From: Lytechinus pictus
Taxonomy: Eukaryota
Reading direction: 5' to 3'
Length of the DNA stretch: 64,000 bases
NCBI RefSeq assembly: GCF_037042905.1
Contig: NC_087245.1
Coordinates: 17,176,001 to 17,240,000 of the forward strand
A program made the position numbers and the translations under genes. Below the pieces are notes generated by a model. It was not told the origin of the DNA. It did no database searches and saw only the letters and a program-made list of their open reading frames with translations. Of this stretch, positions 1 to 13,900 are shown in pieces (position 1 is the stretch's first letter; each line of letters starts with the position of its first letter).

Positions 1-1870
1 GTTACGGATGACGATTGGACTGATTAAACACGGAGTGAAACAATGGACATGGTTTAAACATTTTAGTCCACAATACACCATCCGTTGCGACCTAATCGTC
101 TAATAAAATGCAATAGCATTTGATATGAACATTCTAACCTACAAAATTTTAAGGATAGAAGTTCCGAATAGTGGTATCCATTTTTTCTACAAAATAACTT
201 GTAAAACAAGTATTAAAGGATAAGATAATTCTCAGACTTGTTCAAGTAACATTCATTATCATATTGATATGATTACAATACTGTCTGTGTGACCCAGAAT
301 ATTATTTAAATGTTTGTAATAAATTAGATTATTTTTTTAATACGGCGCCATTTTCCGCCTGCGAGAGCCCGAACTGTACCGATTCTCACAAAGTGGGTCT
401 CTACATGATTCTACTTCCATCAGTACTCGAATTGAACTAATATGGTGATTGATTTGCAGTTGTACTTTAGCAGGTTAATCTAAGCCTGATATAGAAGAAT
501 TAATTTAAAGGGCGTGCGATATCACAATATAGGACTGGCAGGTTGGGAACCCCGCAGGGGTGTGATTTCTCCCCCCTCGGGGAGGTAGAGGGGTGTAGCC
601 ATGTGTGAAGCTTACACGATGTCTTTATTGGATCGCGATCAGGGGATGATTAGTCGCGCTTCAAGGCTACGCGTCATTACTTGCCGGCCTGTAAACTAAT
701 CATCAAATCGGATCTGATTTAAAGTTCTCCTCTATCTCAATACTATGTGCATGTGAATTTGTAACTAAATGTCAATATGTCACCATACATACATGAATTA
801 AATCTACGTTTAAAAATAGTATGTCTCCGGAGTGTCCCCATGATTCTACTTCCTTATTTTAATGTCACCATTCATCATGTCCATGACATTTTACTTTCAT
901 TGGTAAATTTCTGCAATGTTCAACTCTTGTTTTACCAACCACATGATTTGTAGTGACCTGATTTATTTATAAATTGCTACAATGAAAGTAATTTTGTACC
1001 CCGCTTTCAGGTCTAAGTTGATATATGATCCACTATTACGGGTTCCCTTTTACCAAGGGGATTCAAACGAAACTGACATTTATTAAGTAATAGTGAAATG
1101 TAGATATCCATTATGGTTTGAACCTAGCAATATGAAATAGATAATCGAAACTCATGCAGATCGCATGTTTTTTTATGTTAACTGATTGTTTACTATAAAA
1201 CACAGGCTATTGGAGTCAAATCTATTTCTCCCAGGCGTCAGCTTGTTAGGACAATCTTTATGCGATTGTCTTTAATTTGTACTTTTTGTACAATGATACA
1301 GTATGCATCGACTGTCGATTGAAATATACGTTTCAAGAGTATCGAAAATAAATGACAAAACTCCTTTGAAAAGACTATGCACTATGTGAAGTCTTCTGAG
1401 TTAATGGGATTCTAAATTTCCATAGTTCTTTCTGCAGGCGGCTTGTAGAGAGAGGGATATTATTCTTCTTGACATCTCATTTCTGTATGTGAATGCAAGA
1501 GGATAAGTCTGTCTGAACCATTAATTTTATACCTTCATTTTAACTGCAAGGGAGATTGGAGATGTATATTTTCGTGTGAACTAAATTGGTACATCATTTG
1601 GAATTGCTATTGATCTATATTTCAATACGAGATCGTATATTTGATTTATGCTTTCCATTGTTAAAACTTGTAAAAGATTAATACTCCCGAATTAAAATTT
1701 TAGAAAGCGTCATTTTGTATTTGTTCAGTCATGTTACGGCAGTCGTGCGGAACAGCAATCACATCTATTCAATGGGGAAATAAAATGCGGTAAAGATATC
1801 TTTTATCATGATGATTTTAGACAAGGTGATTTTCAACTGTATCTTTTTGATGTTTTTTTTTTTTTTTTAG

Positions 1871-1987
1871 ATGCGGTAGCAACGCTCCTCATAGCCGAAG
1901 CTTTCGCTGAGGATGAAGGTGATTATACATGTACTGCAACCAATGGAGTCGGAACAGTGTCTTGTACCGCAGAGCTGACTGTCCAAG
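1871..1987 (+). CDS. MYLK: MLCK exon: C-terminal half of an I-set Ig domain
   Basis: Poly-T acceptor ending AG at 1870, GTAATG donor at 1988; encodes (D)AVATLLIAEAFAEDEGDYTCTATNGVGTVSCTAELTVQ with the DxGxYxC motif. Confidence 0.88.
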
Positions 1988-4900
1988 GTAATGTTTATAA
2001 TTGTCGTTCTGTTCTTTATTATATAATGTGTGATTTAAAAAAAATTATGTTTAACTTGTCTATAAAGCGAATTAAAAGTTGTTTTAATAAGCACTGCAAT
2101 TATTCTACATGATTATCAAGTTTTAGTAGAGGTCCTGAGTGCTTTTTTATATTTATGAATTTCTTTTCTGCATAAATATTCACTTTTTGTTGTTGTCATT
2201 CTCTCTATATTAATATACATTCATAATGTAAACCCGGTGTGAAAGGAATTTTCCTAACGGAAATAAACATTACATTATAATATATTAATGCTATTATTGA
2301 CTTTCTACTGCTCTCCAGTGATTTACATTAATTCAATTGACAGTTTTCTATACCTGATGTGTTACTTTGTCATTTTGTCGTTGCAATGTTGTTTCCTTAT
2401 TACTTTATTTTTATCATGCGAGTCGTTATGGTCATCAAATAAGTTATCTTTAACTGGTCATTTTTATCCTTTCTGAAAAATGATTTAATCTCTTCTCTCA
2501 ATCTCCTTCACACCATCTAAACATAATCAAGTTGAACATGATGAGTTCGACAGAAGAGACGGTCAATTATGTATACACTCGAAATTGTAGAATGTCATAA
2601 AGTTGTAGCGATATTATAGAATTCTATTTTTCGTCAATCTTTGGAAGGCTAACTCTGCTAGAGAATTATGAAAAGTGAAAATGATGACCTGAAATGTTGT
2701 CGTCATGATGTCCAATTACCTTTGAACGACTAGGTAATACAGTAGAGAAGGTGGCACACTGGGGTGAATTAGCGTGGGGTTAATGAGGTCTACCATCAAC
2801 AAGGATTATTAGACCGTGTCTGACAGCCAGTGCCTCAGGATGTCTTTAGAAGTTTTATATTAAATTCTGAAAACATAATTGAGGAGATGATCATTTTGTC
2901 TTTACCTGGAGAGCAGCGCCAGATTTATCGAAGACAGCAGGCATATGGTATGAGGCTAGGAGCAGTTGTCTGTGGAAAGAATTGCAGTGAAGGAAATGGG
3001 TTTCGTCAATCATATTTAACGTTGAAAATACTTGAATGTAGATATATTATTAAATATTAAATATATTTATTAATTCAATTTGGTGGTTTGTCATCTTGTA
3101 ATTTGTAGATGAAGAGAATGTGAACGGTCAGGGATTATCTATAGAGGAACCAGCTATAACTCTTCCTCGACCAAACGACACTCCCCGCTGCGTTATCGAG
3201 AGTGATTGCACTCACGACAAGGTAGCGTCAACCTTCAACGTCAGGCTATCCAAGGTAGTCAACGGAACACCGCCCTCACCGCCAGCCCCAATACAACACA
3301 ACACGAACACAAACAATAACAAGGAGATGATCTCACCCCCGTCTGAAGTGCAAGAGATATCTCTTTCATCATTCAACAAGACGTCGGTGTCCACCGAGGA
3401 ATCCGCATCAGTGTCCACGCTTGATAACACCGAAAGTTCCTCGGACTATCCCGCTCCTGACACTGCTGATATCGTGAACGGAGGCTCCACCGCTCCTGCA
3501 ATGGATCCACCTTGCTTCCTGGAGCCTTTGAAGGACACTGCCGTCCTGGAGGAGAGCTCGGCCATGCTCAAATGCAAAGTGGTCGGAGAACCTGAACCGG
3601 AAATATACTGGTACAAAGACGGGGTAGAACTGAAGGATGGTAGGAAATATAAACTGGATTTTCCAGATGATGAGGTGGCAGTGTTGATTGTGAAGGAAGC
3701 CGGTCTTGAAGATGCAGGGGAATACACTTGCAAGGCTGTCAACTCAGCTGGAACAAAGGAAAGCAGAGCAGAAATAATCGTTGAAGGTGAGTTTATATGA
3801 TCATTTATTGTTATCACTATATTCATGTACAGCTTATTTCCCAAAGTGACGGAAGCGTTTACAAAATAACTTTAGAAAAAATATACAATAGGCCTATTAG
3901 AATCCATAAATCTGGACTGTGTAAGGAAATCTATCAAGATATATTGATTCTGATACGGTGAAATTTTCATCTTCCTTTTTTTATTGACGTTATAGGCACT
4001 TCTCTTTTTTTAAATGTATTTTGACTTAGACCTACTGACGTTTATTGAAGTGGCCGAGAGCTCAAATTTATTGAATTGATGATTCATATTCTTAACGTTT
4101 GATCCAAAATGAATTTAGAAAGATATATCAAAATGAGAATGATGATCAAAGGCAGAGTTATCATCATACAAGGAAAGTTTATTGTTTTCGTGCAAATATA
4201 CACACATAATTATGACCATCGAAATCTCAAAATGTCGGATAAAAAATCCTCTTGACAGGTAAAACGCTGGATTTCAATATCATGAACTTGATGAAAGTTT
4301 TGAGGGATTTTGTGACGATTTGATTTTATTAAGTATCATCACATCAACTATTATTCTCTGCTATAAGTCTACCGAGATTATATTTATTTTCGGACAGATG
4401 ATGCCTTTTTTATTAGTTAGCCTGGTTTTAGTTTTGTCTTTTTTTATCATTAATATTCATCGGATCCTATCCATTGGTTCGTGATAAAATGAAACAAAAA
4501 GACATGATTCATGAAAAATCTGTATGATAGCAGCGCGAAAATGCTCAGTTCTTAAGATCAATGTGAATAGATAGCGATGTGGATGAATAAGAACCGTCAA
4601 CATGAAGATAGTGTGTGTACCTCTTATTACCCCCACGTCTTAGCATCAATATTGACTCAATGATTTTATCATATGCACACCCTGTCTTGTTCTGATCGCA
4701 AAATAGATGCACTACTGTCATTCACAATGTCGATTGTACATCTCATTATACTGTTATAACTCACCCCCCCCCCCCTGTCTCCCCCTTAAATTATTCACAA
4801 GATTCATGAGACCTGGATAAAAATGGAATTGTTTTCTGTCTAAGTTATTTTGTATATACATATTTTTTTATTTCTTCAAATTAACAGTTGTTGACGATTC

Positions 4901-7900
4901 ATTTTAATCACTATTAAATCGTTGATCTATCCATGAACTGACCTATTCTAGTTTGTAGTACTTTTTTTTCTTATGTTTTCAAATACGCCATTGATCGTAT
5001 AATTCTAAAATTACCTAATGTTTATAATAATGTGAAGTAGGGTATATGGCTGATGGTATTCTTGAAATATATTTGCTCATTTGTAAAGATTTTCCATGGA
5101 CTGACCCTTAGTTATTTCATCTATTCCTATATTCTAATAATATACGATTGCTTCTTACGTTACTAGTCCTCGAATTGATGTGTTTTAAAAAGAGTATTCT
5201 CAAATCCAGTAAATGTTCTTGTGAAAACCTAGAAGAACCTTGTATAAAATTTGAAAGTTATGTCTCGCCCATCATGCCCATCTTGCTGATACAATCGAGG
5301 GTTACTGTGTCAGTTGTTAGGGAAGTTTACTGAAGTCATTAGTGGCTCAATGTGACGTGACACCGGTGACAATAGATTCAATCGTATATTATACAACCGT
5401 ATTAAGCTTCGGGTCAAAGTTAGACCATGGACCTATAGGTCCATGGTTAGACAGAACATTTATTCGTTGAACTTGTATGGTCATCCAAAATAAATGAGTC
5501 GCCATAGTGTCTTATTTATTTACAAAGCACACCAATTTAGATATAGCGAATAGATAGAAAGGGGTCGATAAAAAGTGATACCGTAAAACTCGACTGGCAT
5601 CATCGGGTACAGATTAGACGGACGAAATGAAATCGAACATTAGGGAATGTTTTTATTCCTTGTGCTCTTCGTCATTTTCGAAACTTTTGGAATCATTTTG
5701 AAAATGTGTCTTCTATCATTAACTCCTTGCGACACTTCCGAACCGCGGAACCGCGGCGCGTTTGGCAAAATTTTGAATCAAACTAATTTTGTCGACCTTT
5801 GGATTTTTATGGATACCAAAGTGTGCCCCCCCCCCCCCGACATTGCTTTTAGTGTTCCGTATATTCTATTATCAACCATCCTCCACCCCACCCTTTCTTT
5901 TCTCTCCCTCTTCTGAATTCTCATTCACAAACGATTTTTTTGTCTTGTATATTGTTATTCTTTTTTCCTTTATATCTGCCATTTATTCATATTTTTTGTA
6001 TTTTGAAACCTTATACAGCTTTTTTTTTAATTAATGCTATTCGGTAAATTGTAATTCTATATAACCTTTCATGATAGCATGTGTACCTACTAGGAGATAG
6101 TAAGTTTTTATGTCGAGAAGATGACACTAAGCGTCGATTATCGGGTTGTAATCGTGGATGCAAACATGTAAACACTAGTCAATTCTTAGAGTGCTTTAGT
6201 ACACAGCGCGTGGAAGGATTTATTGTCTTTTATTTCACCTTAAAGGTACTGAAGAGTGAGTTTCGACATTGATTTGGAACAAATCAAGTCTGAATCTCGT
6301 AGTTGTATGTGTCGAAATTCAATACTGACAGATGAGTGTTTATTTGTACCAAATTATGACATGTGTTATTTGGATAAATAAAAGAATGTGATTTTTGTTT
6401 TCCTTTGGCGATTCTCTTATGAAAGACAGCTACAGAAACTTTAAAATATGTAGGTGTACCTACCATCTATATACAATAGTTTGTTCTGTATATAAAATGC
6501 TATCCACGTTTATTGTTTTTGAAAGTTATATTGTGATTTAGTGAGATTTATTTTCTTTTATGAACCCCTCTATTTCTCTTTCTATTTCGCTTTTTCATTC
6601 TCTTTTTTTTTTTCAGTTTCTTTTTCTGTCCTCTCTACATTTCCTTTCTTTATTGTATTGACAATTATTCATAATTCCAATAATTATGTTCATTTTAGTC
6701 ATCTCTTTTATAGTGTTAAACATTGATAGATCACATTATCTCAATCCCTAGAATAGATCGATAAAGGTCATGCTACAGCTTCTTTGCAAAATAACAGTCT
6801 ACTGGGCAATATTCTTTTTTATGAAGGGGAATCGATTGAGGCAAGTTAGGCGAATGTTTAGCTCCGAGTTGTTTTCTTTTTAAGTGATCCGACCTAGCTA
6901 TGACTAGCACTGACCACTTTACATCAGCCATCATTTGGATACTGACCGAATACCTTCACGTGTCTTAGCTTTCTGTCGTTGTTGGTTTGGACACTGACAA
7001 GAATGAGAATAACCTCGGCAGGTATTTTAAAAAAAATAAAACTTTGAGCATATTATACAATCTACGTTAGTTATTGAAAGCGCTGTGCTATAGAGGGTAA
7101 CGGGGGGGGGGGGGGGGGGCAAGAGGGCATTTGCTCCCTCCTATTGAGGATTGTTCATTTGTTGCCCCCCTCCACTTTGTGTCCACCTTTGCCCCCCCCC
7201 CCCGCCAAAAAATGTTCCTTTGGCCCCCCCCCCCCCCCCCCACAGTTTAAATATCCCGGTGCCGCCACTGCCATTGTCCCCTCTGTGATTGTTCATTGGG
7301 GCCGGGTAAAAGAATAAGGTGTTATCTAATAATTCTTATTTAGTCGTTTCTCTTTACCTTGCAGCTCCAGCATGTATAAAGGATGCCCCTAAGACCCTTC
7401 AGGTCATGGCAGGTCGTGACCTTTCCGTGACCTGTCACTTCGTAGCCATTCCCGAGCCCGATGTTGTGATGTGGAGTAAGAACCGCAAGACGGTCCAAGA
7501 AAACGATCGTGTTCGGATTGATGATACGGACACGAGTACGACGTTGACAGTGTCGAAGGCGACGCATGACGACGGTGGTCGTTATAATCTGTTGGTAGAA
7601 AACGACCTCGGCTCCGATAACGCTGCCATCTACGTTAGTGTATTAGGTAGGATTTTTTTTCATGAAAATACAGTTTCATATTTCATTTCCCTCAAAAATA
7701 TTTTTCGGGTTTTGTAATAATGTAGGGAAAGTCACAGGATGATGAAATAATTATGTGCGCTTTGATCTTGGGATGAAAATATAAATGCTATTATCTTCAT
7801 TTTCGAAACCATTTTTGTATTGATGGTTAAACAATAAATTTAATTGAATTGAAAGAGAGATATTTTGTATATGGAATCTGCGGAATATGCCTTTTCTGCA

Positions 7901-10900
7901 ATGTACTATAATATCGATCAAGATTTTTTGGCGGTGAAACAGCGTTTTCTGATTGTATTTGGATGCTCTAGCATTCACGTACCTTCCAAAGGTCGGACTC
8001 TTTATGTTTTTATAAGCGCATCATATGATAATCATTATGATTATTTTGGTAATTGCAGACAAACCCGACCCACCAGTCGGCAAGCCCATCGCATCAAACA
8101 TAAACAGACAGTCATTGACGCTTTCGTGGACGGGGTCGAGTTACGACGGTGGTAGTAGGATTACTGGCTATGTGATTGAAATGCGAACCGTCGATGACGA
8201 TAATTGGCAAAAAGCTGAAGTCGTATCGAACACATCACACACCATCGACAACCTCAGACCGGAAACCGAGTATCTCTTCCGGGTTAGCTCGGAGAATGAA
8301 TATGGAATAAGCAAACCAGGCCAAGAAAGCGATCGTATACTGACAGTTGTTGAAAAGAAGGAGGATATGAGAACGACAGTAACAGAAAGTAAGACAGATT
8401 GGATTCTTTGAAGAAATAATCATTTATTTGTTCTTGCAATATTGTTGGTATGTCTACTTACCATGACCAAGCGTCATGTTCTCAAAGAAAATGATTGAGT
8501 GAAATAAAATGTTAGGTCTACTAAATCTAAATTAGATGTGGAAAATCTACACAGGGGGGTGTTTTTTTTTTAATTGATTTTTTTTCTCAACTCTTAAATT
8601 GCAAAAGAATCTCCGTATGTTCCTATTCCGTTTGATAATATACTTTGGAATTTAAGAGAATAGGAAGAAAGTAGATCCTGTGTAGATTTTCCGCATTTAG
8701 ATTTGTTTGATCAAACGCAACTATTTGAAAGTGAATATTGGTCATTTATTCTGAATAATGAAGTTGTAGGTATTCTTTTGTTATTTTTACTGTATGTTTG
8801 GATGAAGTATATCCTTCAAAAAAATCTTCCCTTGTTTGCGATGAACATTGCTATGAATATCATTTGACAACATAGTAAATGATACATATATTTTTCCCTT
8901 GACCAATGTTTAGATGATGTGGAAGAAATTGAATTCCGTCACGTGACCATCAAATCGGATAAAGAATTTTCAGAAAAGTACCAGATCAAAGATGTCCTCG
9001 GAAAGTAAGTATAACTATATATCTCTTTCATAGAATACCCATTCTGAGAATGACCCGATGGCGGTTATAAGTGAATATTAGTAACACCTTCTTTCTTTTT
9101 AATATAAACCATTATAAGCTGTCGTTTTGAGTGGGTTGTTTTGTAAATGAAAAGACCTGTTTCTTAATATTACGAAAGTCGCCGCCGATTATTTGTAATT
9201 TACATATTCATCTTCAGTTATATCAGTCATTTGCCCTTCCCAACCGGACGAATATCAAAATTTTGTTGTTGTTGTTGTTGTTATTAAGGTAACTCAATAT
9301 GCATATTCATTCCACCCTATTAGAAATGATGACTGGCTTAAACTGTATTGTGCACTTTCTAAAATGGAAACAAAAGTTTGAATATACTAAATGATGGTTG
9401 ATATCAGAATCAGAGAATCTATCAACGAAAATAAGCAACGTTCCTTCGCCCGATGTTGCCCTTTACTTCACTAACCTTTCTTGCAATGTCTCTGTTTCTC
9501 GCCATCAGAGGGCGTTTCGGAACGGTCCATAAATGTATCGATAAGGTGACTGGCAAGCCATACGCAGCCAAGATGATTAAAACCATCAAGAGCACTGACA
9601 AAGACTCGGTCAAGAATGAGATTGGGATCATGAATAAGCTCCACCATGCTAAACTCCTGCAATGTCTAGATGCCTTCGAATCGCCTAAACAGATGATTAT
9701 GGTCCTGGAGATGTAAGTTATTTTAGCTCTTCATAAAACGATCAAAGAATAAACTTCAAATTGAAATTTAAAAACAATATACGTATAGAGAAAATTTACT
9801 AAAATCATATAGACATGATATATTGAAGACACGATGTATTTACGAACGCAAGAGACCTCTCTTACCAGCTGTCACTCATTGTCACGGCGGCCACCATTTT
9901 TGGATGGTGGGAATGTTGTTGTTTTTCAAAACATATTGGTATTGATTGAATAACAGGTTGGGCTTTTTTTGTCGTTGCATAACTTTTAAAAAGATAATTA
10001 TGATCTACAGCAATGTAAGAGCTAGATGAGACATAATTGAACTGTCCCTAAGCGATGATGAGACATTCACCGGGATTACATGGTTTATTTTCTTCTTTTT
10101 TTAATTTTCTAAATTTCCATATTTTAGTGTGAACGGCGGAGAGCTCTTCGAGAGGGTGATTGATGACGACTTTGGGTTGACGGAGAGTGACGTCATCGAA
10201 TTCATGCGTCAGATATGCGCAGGAGTACAACACATGCACTCCACAAATATTCTACATCTAGACCTCAAACCAGAAAATATCTTGTGCATAGACAAAACGG
10301 GTAGCCGTATCAAACTCATTGACTTTGGCCTAGCAAGGGAATTCAATCCAGCTCAAAGCACAAAGGTCATGTTCGGCACACCGGAGTTCGTAGCCCCGGA
10401 AGTAATCAACTATGATGTCATAGGTTTCACTACCGATATGTGGAGCGTTGGTGTCATCTGCTATATCTTGTAAGTAACAGTTCATAGATTATTATGATTT
10501 AATGATTGGAATTAATAATACCAGAACATTATTTTAGTGTATTTCTCACGATATGCATCTTTGGGATAGATAAAAGAATGATTCTTCTTGGAGAGTCCGA
10601 ACTAATTTGATGTAGATACCTTGTACCTTGTAGTACTGAAGTAGCTGGATTTCTATATTTTTGTTATACCGAGATTTTTTACCTGACTGCTAAGAAAGCA
10701 CGAATGCCTGTGAGCAAGCAACCAGTGGACCAACGGCCTAAGGTCCTCTCCGAGGGACCTGGTAATGAGGATAAATGCCTTACCAAAGGGCACTAGCTCA
10801 CCACTTTGGAATCGAACCCGGGTCACCGGAATCCGAAACCCCCGCTCTACCGACTGAGCTATATTATTGCGTCATACCAAAAATTTATGTCATTCAATGA

Positions 10901-13900
10901 GATCATATCAGCAAACATTACCTCGTTTTGAAAATACATGTTTTAATTTTTTTTCATGATTCCTACTCAGGTATAATTTTATCTTGGAAGCGAAACCGTT
11001 GCGCATACACGTCGAAAATTGAAATCAATGTTAATGATGATCGAATTAACCATAAACAAATTGAATACGAAAAAAATATACATTTATATATATATACTGA
11101 AGATTTATATATGAAAGATATCAGCCCGCCGAGGGCCAATTGTGTTTTGGGTGATAAATGAATGTAGTCCGTGACGTGATCGGCAAATTCTTTTGAAATA
11201 GAACGAATGATAGAATGTGAACCTTCTTTGATATTTATCTTCGATTATGAATGTCTTGCATTTCTTTGATATATATAGATTAAGTGGATTATCACCGTTC
11301 ATGGGTGATAACGATGCCGAGACATTGAATAATGTCACACTAGCTGAATGGGACTTTGAGGATGAAGCTTTTGATACTATCTCAGAAGATGCGAAGACAT
11401 TCATTGAAGGTCTCCTGATCCAGAGGAAAGAGTGAGTAAATAAATTACAATTCATCATTGTCATTATCATCATCATAATCGATAATCGTCACCTAAAACA
11501 TCATGATCTGCTTCTTCAACATTTTCCACCACCATCCTCCTCCTCCTCCTCATCATCATTTTGTCATCGTCATCACCCCCACCCCTCGTCATCATTTTCA
11601 TTTTCAAATAAAGGCTATGTAAATCCACTAGCTCAAACTTCATTCTTTTTATCCGAGCGATTCGGCACCCAATTGACGAGAACATCAGGGTCGAATCTAA
11701 AAAAAAATCAACGAGGATTGGCATGACCTATTCTTTAAGCTGGGGTAATAAATGATGTGACTTGCTTTGATTAAAATAAAAGATTTTTTTTAATCTTGGG
11801 GTTATCTTACAGAGAAAGAATGACAGCAGCCGAGTGCTTACAACATAAATGGCTTGTCACAGACTCCAAGGAACTGAAATGCAACAAGATCAGTACGACA
11901 AAACTCAAGAACTTTGTAGCAAGAAGACGATGGCAGGTAAGCACGAATGACAGTAAATTTCACCCCCCCCCATTTGGTCACGTGGTATCATGTAGATCGC
12001 TTAGATTTTGTCTTTAGAACCTAAAGGTGTAATAGTAGTCGAATTGTAATTATTTCACACAATTTTGAGATTCGAAATTTCGAACGATGGATAAACCACA
12101 AATAGTTGTCTTTTAAATAATATTAGCTATAAGCTTAGACAGTTCTGCCTATATAGCAGCTTATAGGATAATTGTGTATTAGATGTTTTGCTTTTTGTGG
12201 CTTTTTAGTCTGTAGATATGTGGGGTTCCAAACTGGATATTATCATCTGTCACTACTTTGATGTCAGTAATGTCGCTTTATTCTTGTTGTTTTGTTATGT
12301 ATGCACCGCTATCAGAATACTTTCGAAAAAATTCTTCACCACTTTGTCATTTGTCCATTATCATTAAAATGTCACTTTGTTGTATGTTTGTTTAAATGCT
12401 ACCTTTTAAAGTAAAAGTCTTACAAAAAAAAACGTAATACAAAGCTTAGCGATCATCATAGAACATTTTGTGTACATTGATTGCATTGACTACAATGTAC
12501 AATCAAAATCAAGCGTACGATTAATTGCTCAACTTTGTGTTACGGGACCCTGGTCTCAAGGTTTTGTGATTCATGTGGGGGTAAAATATTAATGAATCTT
12601 AAGTCTGCAAATGCGAATTTAATTGATAACATGGTGTGATTTATTGTTAGAATGTAGTTTCATCTCGTTCTTGTACACAACGGCTTTTTGGGGACAAATG
12701 TATGACATATTATTTCCCATGCATTCACAAATTGAATCTTTCATGCAACGCAGTTAGACAGACACATATTTGCATTCTTTGTAGATCTTCCAAATCGTGT
12801 GATTGGTGAAATGTTTATTTCTTGCTTTCCTTGTCCCTCTTCGTTGTTGAAACAGTCTGATTCAAGTGAATCTAATCAAGAATCTACGAACGATGACTCA
12901 TCTGATGAAACAGTATGTCTGGTTTTATAATATAACATTGGTTTGAAGTGGTTATTAACTTGGAACCATATACCGGGTTGGTGTGAAGACTAACTAATTT
13001 TTCAACTACTTGTGTGTTGTGCTGCTAACCCTATATACAAAGTCATATAACGAAAAGCCTAGTAAAAGTAGATAAACATATAGTAGATCTGTTCAATCTC
13101 GAGAAAGAAAAGTTGTTGCAATGAGGACTAGTCAGCTGCTGACTATGTTCATGTTGTTAACAGCCTATATTCTCTGTTAACAATTTGTTTTCTCTCGAAA
13201 GGCTTTTCAGATATTTCGAGAATACGTCACCGTGGTTTGTTTCATTAATGGTTTATGTATATCATTTATTGTTCATTTATTTCGTTGAGCAGAATATACC
13301 CGACGGCTATTATAGGGACCTATGCAAATTTGAATTAACATTTATTCAGTTGGTATTGTATATTTCCGTTTAAATGTACTTCCAAAATAAATTGATCATA
13401 ATGGGACGCCAGTTTCGTTTGTCGTATACCGGGGTTGTTATATAGAAATAAATAATGGATACTGCGAACATACATCTTTTGAAGTGTGTGATTAAACATA
13501 GCCAGATACTTATTAGACAGAAAATACCTTAAATATTTTAGAAGGGACAAAGGAAATTTCGTGAAAATAACTCGAAGTGTTAGATACTCTAAATAAGCAA
13601 GAATAGTTATGAAACTTGTGATGGGTTGAATTGAAAAACAACATTGGTTTTATCATTCACTCTTACATTCCGATGTTTGATCAAACAGTTGATGTGAAAT
13701 ATTAACTTGTTCCCAATTTCAATACCAATGTATATACTGGTGTGATATATTAATATCATCCATTTTCTAAACACATTTTTAAATCATCATTAAACCTTGT
13801 CTCAAGTGACATGATTGATTATATTTTCTATTAACCATGTTAAGAGAAAACTTCTGGAAACTTGTACATGTAACGCCACCAAATATTTTCGCGCCCGCGA

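Noticed and set aside
2532..2561. Possible 30-nt phase 1-1 MLCK microexon (VEHDEFDRRD)
   Set aside because: Acceptor is plausible but the donor G/GTCAAT is weak; cannot be supported without transcripts
2830..3060. 76-aa ORF or microexon in an MLCK intron
   Set aside because: No domain similarity; the only frame-preserving acceptor is a weak GAG
3446..3844. Antisense ORFs over MLCK exons (also 7340-7567, 9422-9662, 11105-11476, 14390-14835) and over the Penelope RT
   Set aside because: Shadows of real coding exons on the opposite strand
10795..10870. Functional tRNA gene
   Set aside because: A and B boxes are present, but the acceptor stem does not pair and the sequence continues into a repeat body and tail; called a SINE
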